64,000 bases of DNA from Candidatus Woesearchaeota archaeon. GTDB lineage: Archaea; Nanobdellota; Nanobdellia; SCGC-AAA011-G17; JAFCDX01. Below, in pieces: positions 1-9,281 of the stretch. Position numbers and translations under genes: made by a program. The stretch lies in the NCBI GenBank assembly GCA_017609465.1, contig JAFCDX010000004.1, positions 1,822 through 65,821 of the forward strand. Direction: 5' to 3'. The stretch's first letter is position 1, and every line of letters begins with the position of its first letter. Under the pieces are notes generated by a model. It did not search any database. It was not told where the DNA came from and saw nothing but the letters and a program-made list of their open reading frames with translations.

Positions 1-14
1 GGATCTCAATTCCT

Positions 15-272
15 ATGGCTTCTTCAATATTAACAATTCATTATCCTGAAAAATATGGAGTTATAGACATAAGAGATTGGCACACACTATATAATTTAAG
101 GTTAGTAGAATATAAGAAAGATGTTTTCAATGTTAAAGATTGGTTGTTGTATCTTAAAATTATTAGAGATTTAGGTAAGAAATATGGTGTAACTCAAAGA
201 GAAATAGATAAAGCAATATTCATGTATGATAAAATAAACAGAAAAGGAAATTTATATAAGAACACTAAATGA
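15..272 (+). CDS. hypothetical protein, probably 5'-truncated by the window edge
   Basis: ORF track. The frame stays open upstream of the ATG back to nt 3, so the true start may lie outside the window. First gene of a tightly spaced same-strand cluster (15-3891). Confidence 0.4.
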   Translation: MASSILTIHYPEKYGVIDIRDWHTLYNLRLVEYKKDVFNVKDWLLYLKIIRDLGKKYGVTQREIDKAIFMYDKINRKGNLYKNTK

Positions 273-307
273 GAAAATACTTAAAGGTAAAATAAAGGTA
301 TAAAATA

Positions 308-889
308 ATGAATGAAGAAGATAAAATATCTATAAAAATAGTCGAGATGTTAAAAGATAAGTTGTGTAAATTTAATTCAAAGGTTGAGATAGGCTCACAA
401 AAACATGTGTTCATAGGTTCTACTTTGGGTAATTATAACAAAAAACTCAAATTAATATTTCAATCGGCAAAACAAGATATTGTTGTTTATTTAAAACCAA
501 ATATAGATTCTAAAAAGTTATTTGAACATGATTTTTTCTCAAAATTTACTAATAGCTTTCCAGATAACAATTTTATTGTTCCGTTGATTATTTTTGAATT
601 AAAATATAAAGCTGTAACAACACATCAAGTTAGACAATACAGTGAAGAATCAAGAATGATAAAACATATATTCCCTTTTTGTTCATTCAATCTGGTATTA
701 ATTGACGCGGTAGATGTTAATCAAAATAAAATAGATAGAATATATATGGCAGGAAATAATTATAACAAAATAATTAATTTTGAAGAATTAGATTACACTA
801 AACTTGTTGACACCTTGTTTAAATTGATAAAAGAACATATCAATTATCTAAAAACAGAAGAATTCCTTAGATTATCAAATTTTTTATAA
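308..889 (+). CDS. hypothetical protein, possible PD-(D/E)xK-fold nuclease
   Basis: 193 aa. 'QDIVVY...IIFELKYK' gives an Asp ... Glu-x-Lys arrangement reminiscent of PD-(D/E)xK nucleases. The gene ends 5 nt before the DUF2779 gene. The fold call is weak. Confidence 0.45.
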   Translation: MNEEDKISIKIVEMLKDKLCKFNSKVEIGSQKHVFIGSTLGNYNKKLKLIFQSAKQDIVVYLKPNIDSKKLFEHDFFSKFTNSFPDNNFIVPLIIFELKYKAVTTHQVRQYSEESRMIKHIFPFCSFNLVLIDAVDVNQNKIDRIYMAGNNYNKIINFEELDYTKLVDTLFKLIKEHINYLKTEEFLRLSNFL

Positions 890-894
890 GCAAA

Positions 895-2298
895 ATGGAA
901 ATACTAACAAAATCAAAGTATCTTATCGGATTGCAGTGTCCTAAGTATTTATGGACAGTTTTTCATGAGAAAGAGAAGATTCCTGAGGCTTCTGCAGCAG
1001 ATGAGTTCAAGTTCAAGCCAGAAGGCATTGATTTACCAGTTGATAATTATAAGAAAAATCTTGAAGATTCTGAGAAAGCTTTGAAAGATAAAAAGCCATT
1101 ATTTGAAGCTGGATTTGAGTTTGATAATTGCTTTTCAAGAGCAGATATTCTTGTCCCTAATGGAAATAAATGGGATATAATAGAAGTAAAATCAGGGACT
1201 AAAGTTAAGGATATTAATGTTCATGATGTTTCTTTTCAGAAATATGTTTATGAAAATAAAGGCATTAAAATAGGAAAATGTTTTCTTTTGCATCTGAATA
1301 AAGAATATGTAAGAAATGGAGAAATTGATATTGATAAATTGTTTGTAAAAGAAGATATTACTTCTGAAGTTAATGAGCATATTAAAGGCATTAAAGAAAG
1401 GATTACCGAAATGTTTGAAGTAATTAATTCTAAGAAATCTCCTGAAACTTCAATAGGAAATCATTGTAAAGATCCTTATGAATGTCCTGTATGCCATTGC
1501 TGGGAAAGTTTACCTGAAAATCATGTATTTTGTTTGTATAGAGGTGGAAAATTAAGTTGTGAGCTTTATGATTCTGGTGTGGAATCAATAAAAGATATTC
1601 CTGATGATATTAAGCTGAATGACAAGCAGGGAATACAGAGAGATTGTGAGATTAAAGGAAAAGTTCATGTTCATAAAGAAAGATTAAAGCATTTTCTGAA
1701 TACTTTACAATATCCTCTTTATTATCTTGATTTTGAAACATTTTCTACTGCTATTCCTATGTTTGATGGATTAAAACCATATTCTCAGGTTTGTTTTCAG
1801 TTTAGTCTGCATGTTGTTGAGAAAGAAGGAGCTAAGCCTAAACATTATGACTTCCTTTATGAAGGAAATGGAGATCCAAGAGAAGAATTTCTTATTGCTT
1901 TGAAGAAAGTGTTGGGTGATAAAGGTTCTGTTGTTGTTTATAATCAAAGTTTTGAGATTAATCGCTTGAAAGAATTAAGTGAACAGTTTCCTTCTTATAA
2001 AAAATGGGTTGACAATGTTTTAACAAGAATTGTTGATTTATTAATTCCTTTTAGGAATTTTAGTTATTATAATCCTAAACAGCATGGAAGTGCTTCAATT
2101 AAAAAAGTTCTTCCTGCTTTGTGTGGAAAGAGTTATTCTGGAATGGAAATAGATAATGGTGGAACAGCTTCTGTTGAATTTTTTAATATGTGTTATAATA
2201 ATGGAAAAGATGTTCGTAAAGCTTTATTGAAATATTGTGAATTGGATACTTTAGCTGAGGTTATGATTGTTGAGAAGTTGAGAGAGTTGGTTAGTTAA
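895..2298 (+). CDS. DUF2779-family protein (Cas4/RecB-like nuclease domain with Fe-S cysteines plus C-terminal DFET domain)
   Basis: N-terminal 'SKYLIGLQCPKYLW'. 'ADILV..WDIIEVKSGTK' supplies D...ExK. Cys cluster 'HCKDPYECPVCHC' at nt 1465-1500, then 'LYYLDFETF'. This is the layout I know for DUF2779. Confidence 0.8.
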   Translation: MEILTKSKYLIGLQCPKYLWTVFHEKEKIPEASAADEFKFKPEGIDLPVDNYKKNLEDSEKALKDKKPLFEAGFEFDNCFSRADILVPNGNKWDIIEVKSGTKVKDINVHDVSFQKYVYENKGIKIGKCFLLHLNKEYVRNGEIDIDKLFVKEDITSEVNEHIKGIKERITEMFEVINSKKSPETSIGNHCKDPYECPVCHCWESLPENHVFCLYRGGKLSCELYDSGVESIKDIPDDIKLNDKQGIQRDCEIKGKVHVHKERLKHFLNTLQYPLYYLDFETFSTAIPMFDGLKPYSQVCFQFSLHVVEKEGAKPKHYDFLYEGNGDPREEFLIALKKVLGDKGSVVVYNQSFEINRLKELSEQFPSYKKWVDNVLTRIVDLLIPFRNFSYYNPKQHGSASIKKVLPALCGKSYSGMEIDNGGTASVEFFNMCYNNGKDVRKALLKYCELDTLAEVMIVEKLRELVS

Positions 2299-2327
2299 AA
2301 AAAGAAGATTATTTAAATAAAAGAACA

Positions 2328-2945
2328 TTGTTTATTATAATGATAAGAAAAATACCTGCATCAAATAATAATGAAGTAGAGGTTTTATGTGTTCCATGGT
2401 ATCCTCAACAAGAAAATAGTTATTACTGTCTTCCATATTCGCTTTGGATGGTATTACAATTTTACAAAAATATACATAATAATGATTTAATAAGGAAGAA
2501 TATCCCAGATTTAGATGTAGAGAAAATTGCAAAAATATGCAAAACAGATCCAAGAGCAGGAACCAGAATCAATGAACAATTGATTGTAAGTTTAAACAAA
2601 GAAATCCCAGCTTTAAATTTCAGGTTAGTAAATGCTTACGATTTTAATCAACTTAAAAGAATTGTAGTGGAAAATAATTGTCCTTGCATCATCATTTATG
2701 ATTGTGGATATTATATTTATGGTATTGAAAGCCAAGTTGGGCACGCAGGGGTAGTTATAGGATTAGATGATAATGCAATATATTTAAATAATCCATGGTT
2801 GGGGGCAGAAGTAGAAATTGATAAAGTGAAATTTAATGATTGTTGGGAAATCGAATATAATCAAATTTTGCTGATAGAACCTAATTTACAAACAAATTTG
2901 AATGAAGAAAATTTTAATAAAAATGCAAACAAAAATTCCAATTGA
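2328..2945 (+). CDS. papain-fold cysteine peptidase, C39-like
   Basis: 'PQQENSYYCLPYSLWMVLQFY' supplies the Gln and catalytic Cys context. 'VGHAGVVIGLDDNAIYLNNPW' supplies the His and Asn/Asp context. Order and spacing match C39-like peptidases. Confidence 0.55.
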   Translation: MFIIMIRKIPASNNNEVEVLCVPWYPQQENSYYCLPYSLWMVLQFYKNIHNNDLIRKNIPDLDVEKIAKICKTDPRAGTRINEQLIVSLNKEIPALNFRLVNAYDFNQLKRIVVENNCPCIIIYDCGYYIYGIESQVGHAGVVIGLDDNAIYLNNPWLGAEVEIDKVKFNDCWEIEYNQILLIEPNLQTNLNEENFNKNANKNSN

Positions 2946-3891
2946 AAAACCTCAAAAAGAGGATATTAAAAGAATATCTCATTTTTTTATTAGAGAAAAC
3001 TACGGGACAATTCCTTCAATTGGAGAACCAAAATTAGAAGGAGAGAAATGGAATGTTCCAATAAACGCTAATTATCCAAGGGTTTTGTTTAACCACGTTA
3101 AACAAATACCAGATAAAGTAAGATTTATGTCTTTTAAAAATTTAGGCAAACTTGAATTATCTGAAAAGGGAATAGTGATTTCTAAACCAAGATATTATGA
3201 GATGGTTGGTGCTATAAAGAAAAGACTAGATGAAATAAAAGTGTCAGTAGAAAAAGCTCTGTTAAAAGTTGCAGCGGATAAATTTTCTTTATTAAGTTTT
3301 CCGGATCATATGTTTACTCCGATACAAGATATTCTGGCATGGTTAATACTTGAGGATACTCTAAAATTAGACGAATTTCTGTTTAATATACATGATGAAA
3401 CTAGAAAAGAGAAATATTTACAGAATATTAAAATATTAGAATCTGTTAAATTAGTAAAAAACCAAAACGGACTTATTTTACCAGGAGACCCATTAATTGA
3501 AATTGAAATGAGAAAAGATTTGTCTAGAACACAAAAATTAGCGACTGCACTTACTTATTTTTATCAAAATGGTTACGAAAATTTAGATGCGATATCCTCT
3601 TTCCTAGGTCCACATTTAATTATTTCTGCACAAGTATATAGAGAATCGATTGAATGCAATCAAATTATTGCAATTAATGAAAAAGGTTTTAAAGAAATCA
3701 TTAATGAGTCATATACAGACAAATCTAAATTAAGTAAATTACCAAGATATTTATTACAACTTGAATCTATTAACTTATTAAAACCTAGTGAAAAATTTGA
3801 AAATTCATGGGAACCAAATCCAGAGGTTTTTAGTAAGATTATCGGAGAAGAAGAATTAATAGCTCCAATACAAGAGATGATAATCAAATAA
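2902..3891 (+). CDS. hypothetical protein (last gene of the 15-3891 cassette)
   Basis: 329-aa ORF overlapping the end of the peptidase gene; the start may be the internal Met at about 2923. No motif recognised. Confidence 0.6.
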   Translation: MKKILIKMQTKIPIEKPQKEDIKRISHFFIRENYGTIPSIGEPKLEGEKWNVPINANYPRVLFNHVKQIPDKVRFMSFKNLGKLELSEKGIVISKPRYYEMVGAIKKRLDEIKVSVEKALLKVAADKFSLLSFPDHMFTPIQDILAWLILEDTLKLDEFLFNIHDETRKEKYLQNIKILESVKLVKNQNGLILPGDPLIEIEMRKDLSRTQKLATALTYFYQNGYENLDAISSFLGPHLIISAQVYRESIECNQIIAINEKGFKEIINESYTDKSKLSKLPRYLLQLESINLLKPSEKFENSWEPNPEVFSKIIGEEELIAPIQEMIIK

Positions 3892-3904
3892 AAATTATAT
3901 TTAT

Positions 3905-4210
3905 TTATTTTTCTTCAAAATTTTTATCAATGATTTTAATTTCCTCTTTTGTTAATCCATAAATTCTATAGATTCCTTTGTCAATTTCTTCATCTAATTT
4001 TTGAATTTCTTTTTCAATCTTTTCTTTCTCATCCGTAGTTTTGTCTTTTAACTTTATTAGTTTTTCTCTTAATTCAACTTCTTTATTTATTAATTTAATA
4101 AATTCATCTTGTATTTTCCCACTAATTTTTTTAATTGGTATACTCTCCAAAAATGTTTTAGAAATATTCACTGTAAGAGTGGATTTATTAGGAAATTTAT
4201 TTACATAGTT
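3905..4210 (-). pseudogene. 3' remnant of a second type IIG/Eco57I-TaqI-like RM gene
   Basis: The frame is open only from the stop at 4211-4213. It reads NYVNKFPNKSTLTVNISKTFLESIPIK...IYRIYGLTKEEIKIIDKNF, collinear with NYYYINVFSMKSSLTVNVTQGYLSQIPIP...VYRLYGLTKEEIKVVEEDF of the 1039-aa enzyme. 27 nt are identical (3935-3961 vs 4962-4988). Confidence 0.7.
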
Positions 4211-4282
4211 TTATTTTTTCACAGATACAACATCTGAAATTAGATTTTCTTTTTGCTTCAATCTTTATCTTTTCTTGGAATA

Positions 4283-4957
4283 TCATTTTATGTTAAATCT
4301 TTCTTTTAAGATACACTTACTCTGTTCTAAACTATAAGTTAAACCTTTCTTATCTTTCTCGTTTAGTATAGAAAGTATCTTTGGATGGTAATAGTTGAAT
4401 ATTTTATTATTATCTATAAAATCTTTTACTTTCTTATTTAATTTTTGATTATTTTTAATATCTTGTAAGTTTACTTTATTAGATTTTAAATACGTGTCAA
4501 AAGATTTATGTAATTTTTTCATCATAAGATTGATAATTTTTGCTTTGTCTTCAATTCTATTAATATATAATTTCAAATCATCTGTATTATTCCCTTCTAT
4601 TTTATAATCTATTTCTTTATAATAAAGAGATTCTTCAGGTAAAGGTAATAAATAAAAAGGAAGTGGTTGTTCTTTGTAAGAATTAACCATAGTCTCTATT
4701 TCTTCTATTTTAAACTTTAATGTTTTTAAGAGGGATATTTGATTCTTTTTGTGTTCATATCTATTGATTCTCCAACCAGAATAAAAAATTATAATAGCAA
4801 TCAAAATAGATAAACTCCCAACTTTTGAAGAAAGGGTAATATCTAATTTTATCCACCCGAAGATTATAACAATAAGTAGGATTAAATAAACCATAATTTC
4901 TAGAAGAAAACAACAGATCTTATTCCATTTACACATCCTATTTAAAGTCCTCCTCAA
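4283..4957 (-). CDS. membrane protein, two N-terminal TM helices, unknown function
   Basis: 224-aa ORF immediately downstream of the type IIG gene. It overlaps by 20 nt, or starts at the Met at 4936, 1 nt after the RM stop. Hydrophobic 'VYLILLIVIIFGWI' and 'VGSLSILIAIIIFYSGW'. Confidence 0.6.
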   Translation of the reverse strand: MRRTLNRMCKWNKICCFLLEIMVYLILLIVIIFGWIKLDITLSSKVGSLSILIAIIIFYSGWRINRYEHKKNQISLLKTLKFKIEEIETMVNSYKEQPLPFYLLPLPEESLYYKEIDYKIEGNNTDDLKLYINRIEDKAKIINLMMKKLHKSFDTYLKSNKVNLQDIKNNQKLNKKVKDFIDNNKIFNYYHPKILSILNEKDKKGLTYSLEQSKCILKERFNIK

Positions 4958-7900
4958 CCACTTTAATTTCCTCTTTTGTTAATCCATATAATCTATAAAC
5001 CATATTATCAATCTCTTTATCTGTTTTATCAATTTCTAACTTTAATTTAGATAATTCTTTTTTGTTCTTTTCAAAAAAGTCTAAAAGTTCAGATTTTTTA
5101 TCCATGCTTAGATTTACTTTTAACTGCCCCATAAAATCATTAAAATCCAATTCATAGAATTTATCTAATTTTTTAGTTACTTTTTCTATTTTATATTCAT
5201 GTTTGATTAGTTTTAAAAATTTATTTTTCTTTTCATAAAACTCCTTATTTAATTTTAACATTAAGTCTGCTTTTTCTATAAATGGTTTCTGTTCTTTTTC
5301 TGAGATTGTTGGAATTGGAATTTGTGAAAGATAACCTTGAGTTACATTGACCGTCAAACTAGATTTCATTGAAAATACATTAATATAATAATAATTAACT
5401 AATTTTGAATTTAGTAAGCATAGAACATATTTAATAGAATAATCATCTATTTTTGATAAAATCATATTTGTAGAGTTATAACAATATAATTTTTCATCAT
5501 CATATGTAGCCACTAAACCAGAACCAATTCTTTGTAAAATTAATTTTTCTTTTGAATTAAAAGCTTCAATATCTCCTTTTCTTGTTAAAACTGAATCGTC
5601 ATAAAAGACATAGCCGAAAGACTTAACTTTCCAACGAGCAATGTCCCTTCCCATTACTGCCTTTTTCCATTTAGTGTCTTTTTGTGTTGTAAGAAAATAT
5701 TTTTTATTATCTTTTGTGTTTAGTCCAAAAGAAACGATATCATAACAATTTTCTAAATTATCAGAATTTTTTTGCATTTTGGATTTTATGTTTGACACTG
5801 AATCATCTTGATAAATATTAAACATATTATCCAAAGTTTCATTAAAAGTGTTTTGTGTAATTTTTCGTTTTTTAAAATTATTTTGTTCAAGATTTATGTT
5901 CTCTTTAATAACAATATTATTGTTTTTTGGTTTCTCATTTAATATTCTTAATATGATAGTTTCTCCAGTTACATTATCAAATATCCCTGCACCTAAATCA
6001 AAGATTTCTGAAATGGTTGTATTATTAAGAAGATATTTTCTTAAGAATTTGTAGGATTCTACTTTTAATAAATTCTTATGGACTATTAAGGACAAAAATC
6101 CGCCCTCTTTTAATAAATTTACACCTCTTTCTATCCATAAGGAGAACAAATTTAGTTTTACTCCTCCCCTAGTTGATAATTCATTACTTGATAAAGTGTC
6201 ATATGTCTTTCTATAATATTCTCTTTCTTTATAATCTATATTTGGATTTTCCGAAGTTCCTTTTTGACTTACATAAGGAGGATTCCCAATCACAATATCA
6301 AATTTAAATGAAAACTCTTTTTTCCAATTAAACGCTTTTGAATCAATTTCTTTGTCATCAATCAAAGAATTTCCACATTTTATATTCTTAGATAAATCAA
6401 TTAATTTTTTATTTTTCTTTGCAATTTTTAAAAATAAACTTAATTTAGTTATTTCAACAGATTCCTCATTTATATCTACACCAAAAATATTTCTCTCTAT
6501 AATTTCTCTGGCTTCATCTTCTTCATTCCACTTAACTAACATTAACTGACCTTCATCTTTTTTCTTCTTCCTACCTTTCTTAATGGCAGTATATTCTCCT
6601 TTATCTTGTTTAAACAATTGTATTTCTTTGTGTATTTCCAACAGGATATCAACTGCTTTGATTAAAAAGGCACCAGAACCACAAGCAGGATCCAATATTT
6701 TAATGGAAGAAAATTTTCCTTCTAATTCTTTAATATTTTTTTGATGTTCCAATACCAAATCTCTTGGTGTTGAAGCTTTTCCTTTTGATAAATAAGGAAT
6801 GATCGTATTTCTACAAATATAATCTGTGATGTATTCGGGGGTGTAATAAATTCCTTCCTTTTTCCTTTTTGTTATTTTTCCTTTTTTTAATTCTTCTAAA
6901 TCAGAAAGAGATTGCTCAAATATATGTCCTAAAATATTAACACTAACTTCAGTGTTAAAATCAAAAGAAGCCATAATTAGCAGGTTTTTAATAATTGAGT
7001 TAATTTTATTCTCATATTTTAAAAATATTTTTTTAGAAATTGGATCTAATTCTGGTTCCTTCTTCAATTTCGAATGTTGATAAATCTCTACATAAAATTT
7101 TTTATTTCTTAAATCCTTAAAATATACTACTGGAGGAATTTCTTCTCCAAACAATCCACCATTAAAACCAAATATTTTAGTAGGAGTTTGAGAACCTTTA
7201 TCAAGACTTAAAAAAAATCCTCTTATTGCTTCTGAAATAAAGTTTGAATGTTCGGTTATTGGCATACCAGAATCTAAAACCTTTACAATTAAATTTTCAA
7301 ATAATCTTTTTTCTAGCTTACTTGTATCTTCTGCAAAAAATACAAACATTAATCTATTCAAAAATAGCTGTGCATAATGTATTGATTCTTCATTAGAAAC
7401 CCCATTCGCTTGGAATTCCTTCACTAACATTAATCTTGTTTCATGAAATAGTTTGTAAAATTCTTTAGTAAAATTTCTTTCTTCTATATTTGATTCTTCT
7501 TTTAATTTCTCTACAAAATTATTATCAATTATTTGCTCTTTTGAAAAAATAGCAATAAACTCTTTTAGTTTACTATCATTGTTTTTTACTTCTTCAAAAT
7601 CAAAGAAGTGATAGGTGGATGAACCCTTTGCTCTATCAATTAAAACAAAATCTTTGTAATTTGTAGCAATACCATAATCTAAATTAAGTTTGCCCATATA
7701 TGTCCACAACTGATTTACAGGTGTTTTTTGTCCTTCTCTATATCCTTTTTGTTCAGCAAACAAATCTTTAGTTTTAGTCCCTTTAGCTTCTATACCTAAA
7801 ATTGTCTTTCCTTGATTATTTTTAAAAGAAAACTCGATATTTCCTGCTTCAAAATCCATATCTTTTCTAACATCATACCCTAAAAGGTCCTTTAGGATAT

Positions 7901-8057
7901 ATTCAACAAATTTAATATAATTTAGTTTCTCTTTTTTTAATTTACCTTGTTCAAGAAGATATAACCAACTTTTAGCAGCTACTTTTTGTTTATTATTGAT
8001 TTTAATTTTAGAAGAAAGCCTTTCTACTGTTTTAAGATTAAATAATTCTTTCTTCAT
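4938..8057 (-). CDS. type IIG restriction-modification enzyme (fused nuclease / N6-adenine methyltransferase / TaqI-like specificity domain)
   Basis: SAM motif I 'ILDPACGSGAFL', motif IV 'VIGNPPYV', and 'GIYYTPEYI'. N-terminal 'DFEAG...ILGIEAKG' gives D...ExK. C-terminal 'VYRLYGLTKEEIKVVE' is typical of Eco57I/TaqI-like enzymes. Confidence 0.85.
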   Translation of the reverse strand: MKKELFNLKTVERLSSKIKINNKQKVAAKSWLYLLEQGKLKKEKLNYIKFVEYILKDLLGYDVRKDMDFEAGNIEFSFKNNQGKTILGIEAKGTKTKDLFAEQKGYREGQKTPVNQLWTYMGKLNLDYGIATNYKDFVLIDRAKGSSTYHFFDFEEVKNNDSKLKEFIAIFSKEQIIDNNFVEKLKEESNIEERNFTKEFYKLFHETRLMLVKEFQANGVSNEESIHYAQLFLNRLMFVFFAEDTSKLEKRLFENLIVKVLDSGMPITEHSNFISEAIRGFFLSLDKGSQTPTKIFGFNGGLFGEEIPPVVYFKDLRNKKFYVEIYQHSKLKKEPELDPISKKIFLKYENKINSIIKNLLIMASFDFNTEVSVNILGHIFEQSLSDLEELKKGKITKRKKEGIYYTPEYITDYICRNTIIPYLSKGKASTPRDLVLEHQKNIKELEGKFSSIKILDPACGSGAFLIKAVDILLEIHKEIQLFKQDKGEYTAIKKGRKKKKDEGQLMLVKWNEEDEAREIIERNIFGVDINEESVEITKLSLFLKIAKKNKKLIDLSKNIKCGNSLIDDKEIDSKAFNWKKEFSFKFDIVIGNPPYVSQKGTSENPNIDYKEREYYRKTYDTLSSNELSTRGGVKLNLFSLWIERGVNLLKEGGFLSLIVHKNLLKVESYKFLRKYLLNNTTISEIFDLGAGIFDNVTGETIILRILNEKPKNNNIVIKENINLEQNNFKKRKITQNTFNETLDNMFNIYQDDSVSNIKSKMQKNSDNLENCYDIVSFGLNTKDNKKYFLTTQKDTKWKKAVMGRDIARWKVKSFGYVFYDDSVLTRKGDIEAFNSKEKLILQRIGSGLVATYDDEKLYCYNSTNMILSKIDDYSIKYVLCLLNSKLVNYYYINVFSMKSSLTVNVTQGYLSQIPIPTISEKEQKPFIEKADLMLKLNKEFYEKKNKFLKLIKHEYKIEKVTKKLDKFYELDFNDFMGQLKVNLSMDKKSELLDFFEKNKKELSKLKLEIDKTDKEIDNMVYRLYGLTKEEIKVVEEDFK

Positions 8058-8305
8058 TTCCCCATCTCCTTCACAGCTTCAGCAGGATCCTTTAATTTAT
8101 ATAACCTTTTTCTGGAATCATTTGGATCTAATGTTAATTCTAACCACCTATATTTCTTTAATCTTGAAAGAACTATACTTGTATTTGTTATCTTGAGTAA
8201 ATCTTCTGCCTGCTGATGGGTAAACTGCTTATCTTTAAATTTAGACCATAATTTAGAATAGTGCTTCATAATCCATTTTGGAAGAGGAGATATTATATTA
8301 CTCAT
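8054..8305 (-). CDS. small winged-helix DNA-binding protein, possible controller of the RM gene
   Basis: 83 aa. 'SIVLSRLKKYRWLELTLDPNDSRKRLYKL' looks like a recognition helix plus wing. Its stop overlaps the RM start by 4 nt. Confidence 0.65.
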   Translation of the reverse strand: MSNIISPLPKWIMKHYSKLWSKFKDKQFTHQQAEDLLKITNTSIVLSRLKKYRWLELTLDPNDSRKRLYKLKDPAEAVKEMGK

Positions 8306-8507
8306 TTGGTTAATTATTGTATAATTAATATATAAAGATTTCTATCATCAAACAACTGGACAGAATTATATAGAAGCATCCATGAATGGAGGAAGTGTCA
8401 TATTGATAACTGGATCTCCTAGTAACTATTGGGTAATTTATAGTTTAGCTAAGGGTTAGTTACTTTCGGAACTACTGTTATTATTTACATTGTTAAGTAA
8501 GCGAGAG

Positions 8508-9281
8508 TTATTTCCTTCTTTTAGATTTCTTTTTTGTTTTATTCTTCAGATTTTTTAAATAAAATATAGTAATAATGGCTAAAAGAATTATTACTAAAAC
8601 GATTAAACCCAACATGATAAGATTACTGAGAGGGGGCACAAAATATATTTTTGCAATTCCCTCCTCATCGACATCTATCCAAATGGTTCTATGTGCTTGC
8701 GCTGTGTATGTTTTATATGTAATTTCAATATTAAATTCATATGTTCCGGAAGCAATATTTTTTGGTAGAAATAATTCTTTAATTTTGGTTTTTTCTTCAT
8801 AACTTTCAAAATAAATTGTATCCTTCCCAGAGGTAATTATACTATTATTTTTTTGAATCCAAAAATTTATTTCTACATCTCCTTTTATTTCAGCTACAGC
8901 TTTAATGAAATATTTGAAATTAAAAAAATTACCAGTTTTTACAGGAGATTCAAATTCCAATATTTCTATATCAAACAATTTTTTGCATTTATAATCCCAA
9001 CATACTTCTCCTTCTTCTATATTACAACTAGAATCATCTAAGCATTCTACACTATGGCATTTATTTTCAAGACAGTATTGTCCATCGGGACACTCAGAAT
9101 CTTGAGAACATTCAGATATTCTTGCACTTCCGCTACCTCCTCCACCAGAACCAGAACCGCCACTTGATGGAAAATCTTCCATTATAAAAAAATCATCTGG
9201 ATTATCAAAGAAAGTAGAATCTGCATTTATAAATGGAATTATTAAAATTAATGCTAAAATCCAAATTAAGTTTTTTTTCAA
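8508..9281 (-). CDS. secreted Cys-rich surface protein with C-terminal TM anchor and basic tail
   Basis: Signal peptide 'MKKNLIWILALILIIPFINA', Gly/Ser linker, Cys-rich 'CSQDSECPDGQYCLENKCHSVEC', C-terminal TM, then 'KTKKKSKRRK'. Confidence 0.7.
   Translation of the reverse strand: MKKNLIWILALILIIPFINADSTFFDNPDDFFIMEDFPSSGGSGSGGGGSGSARISECSQDSECPDGQYCLENKCHSVECLDDSSCNIEEGEVCWDYKCKKLFDIEILEFESPVKTGNFFNFKYFIKAVAEIKGDVEINFWIQKNNSIITSGKDTIYFESYEEKTKIKELFLPKNIASGTYEFNIEITYKTYTAQAHRTIWIDVDEEGIAKIYFVPPLSNLIMLGLIVLVIILLAIITIFYLKNLKNKTKKKSKRRK

Noticed and set aside
5848-8196. Plus-strand ORFs inside or overlapping the type IIG RM and wHTH genes
   Set aside because: They are nested antisense to an ORF carrying all the methyltransferase motifs.
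8306-8507. A possible small RNA or structured element (agtaact ... agttact inverted repeat) between the wHTH and surface genes
   Set aside because: It is short, AT-rich and GC-poor, with no recognisable family features, so the evidence is insufficient.
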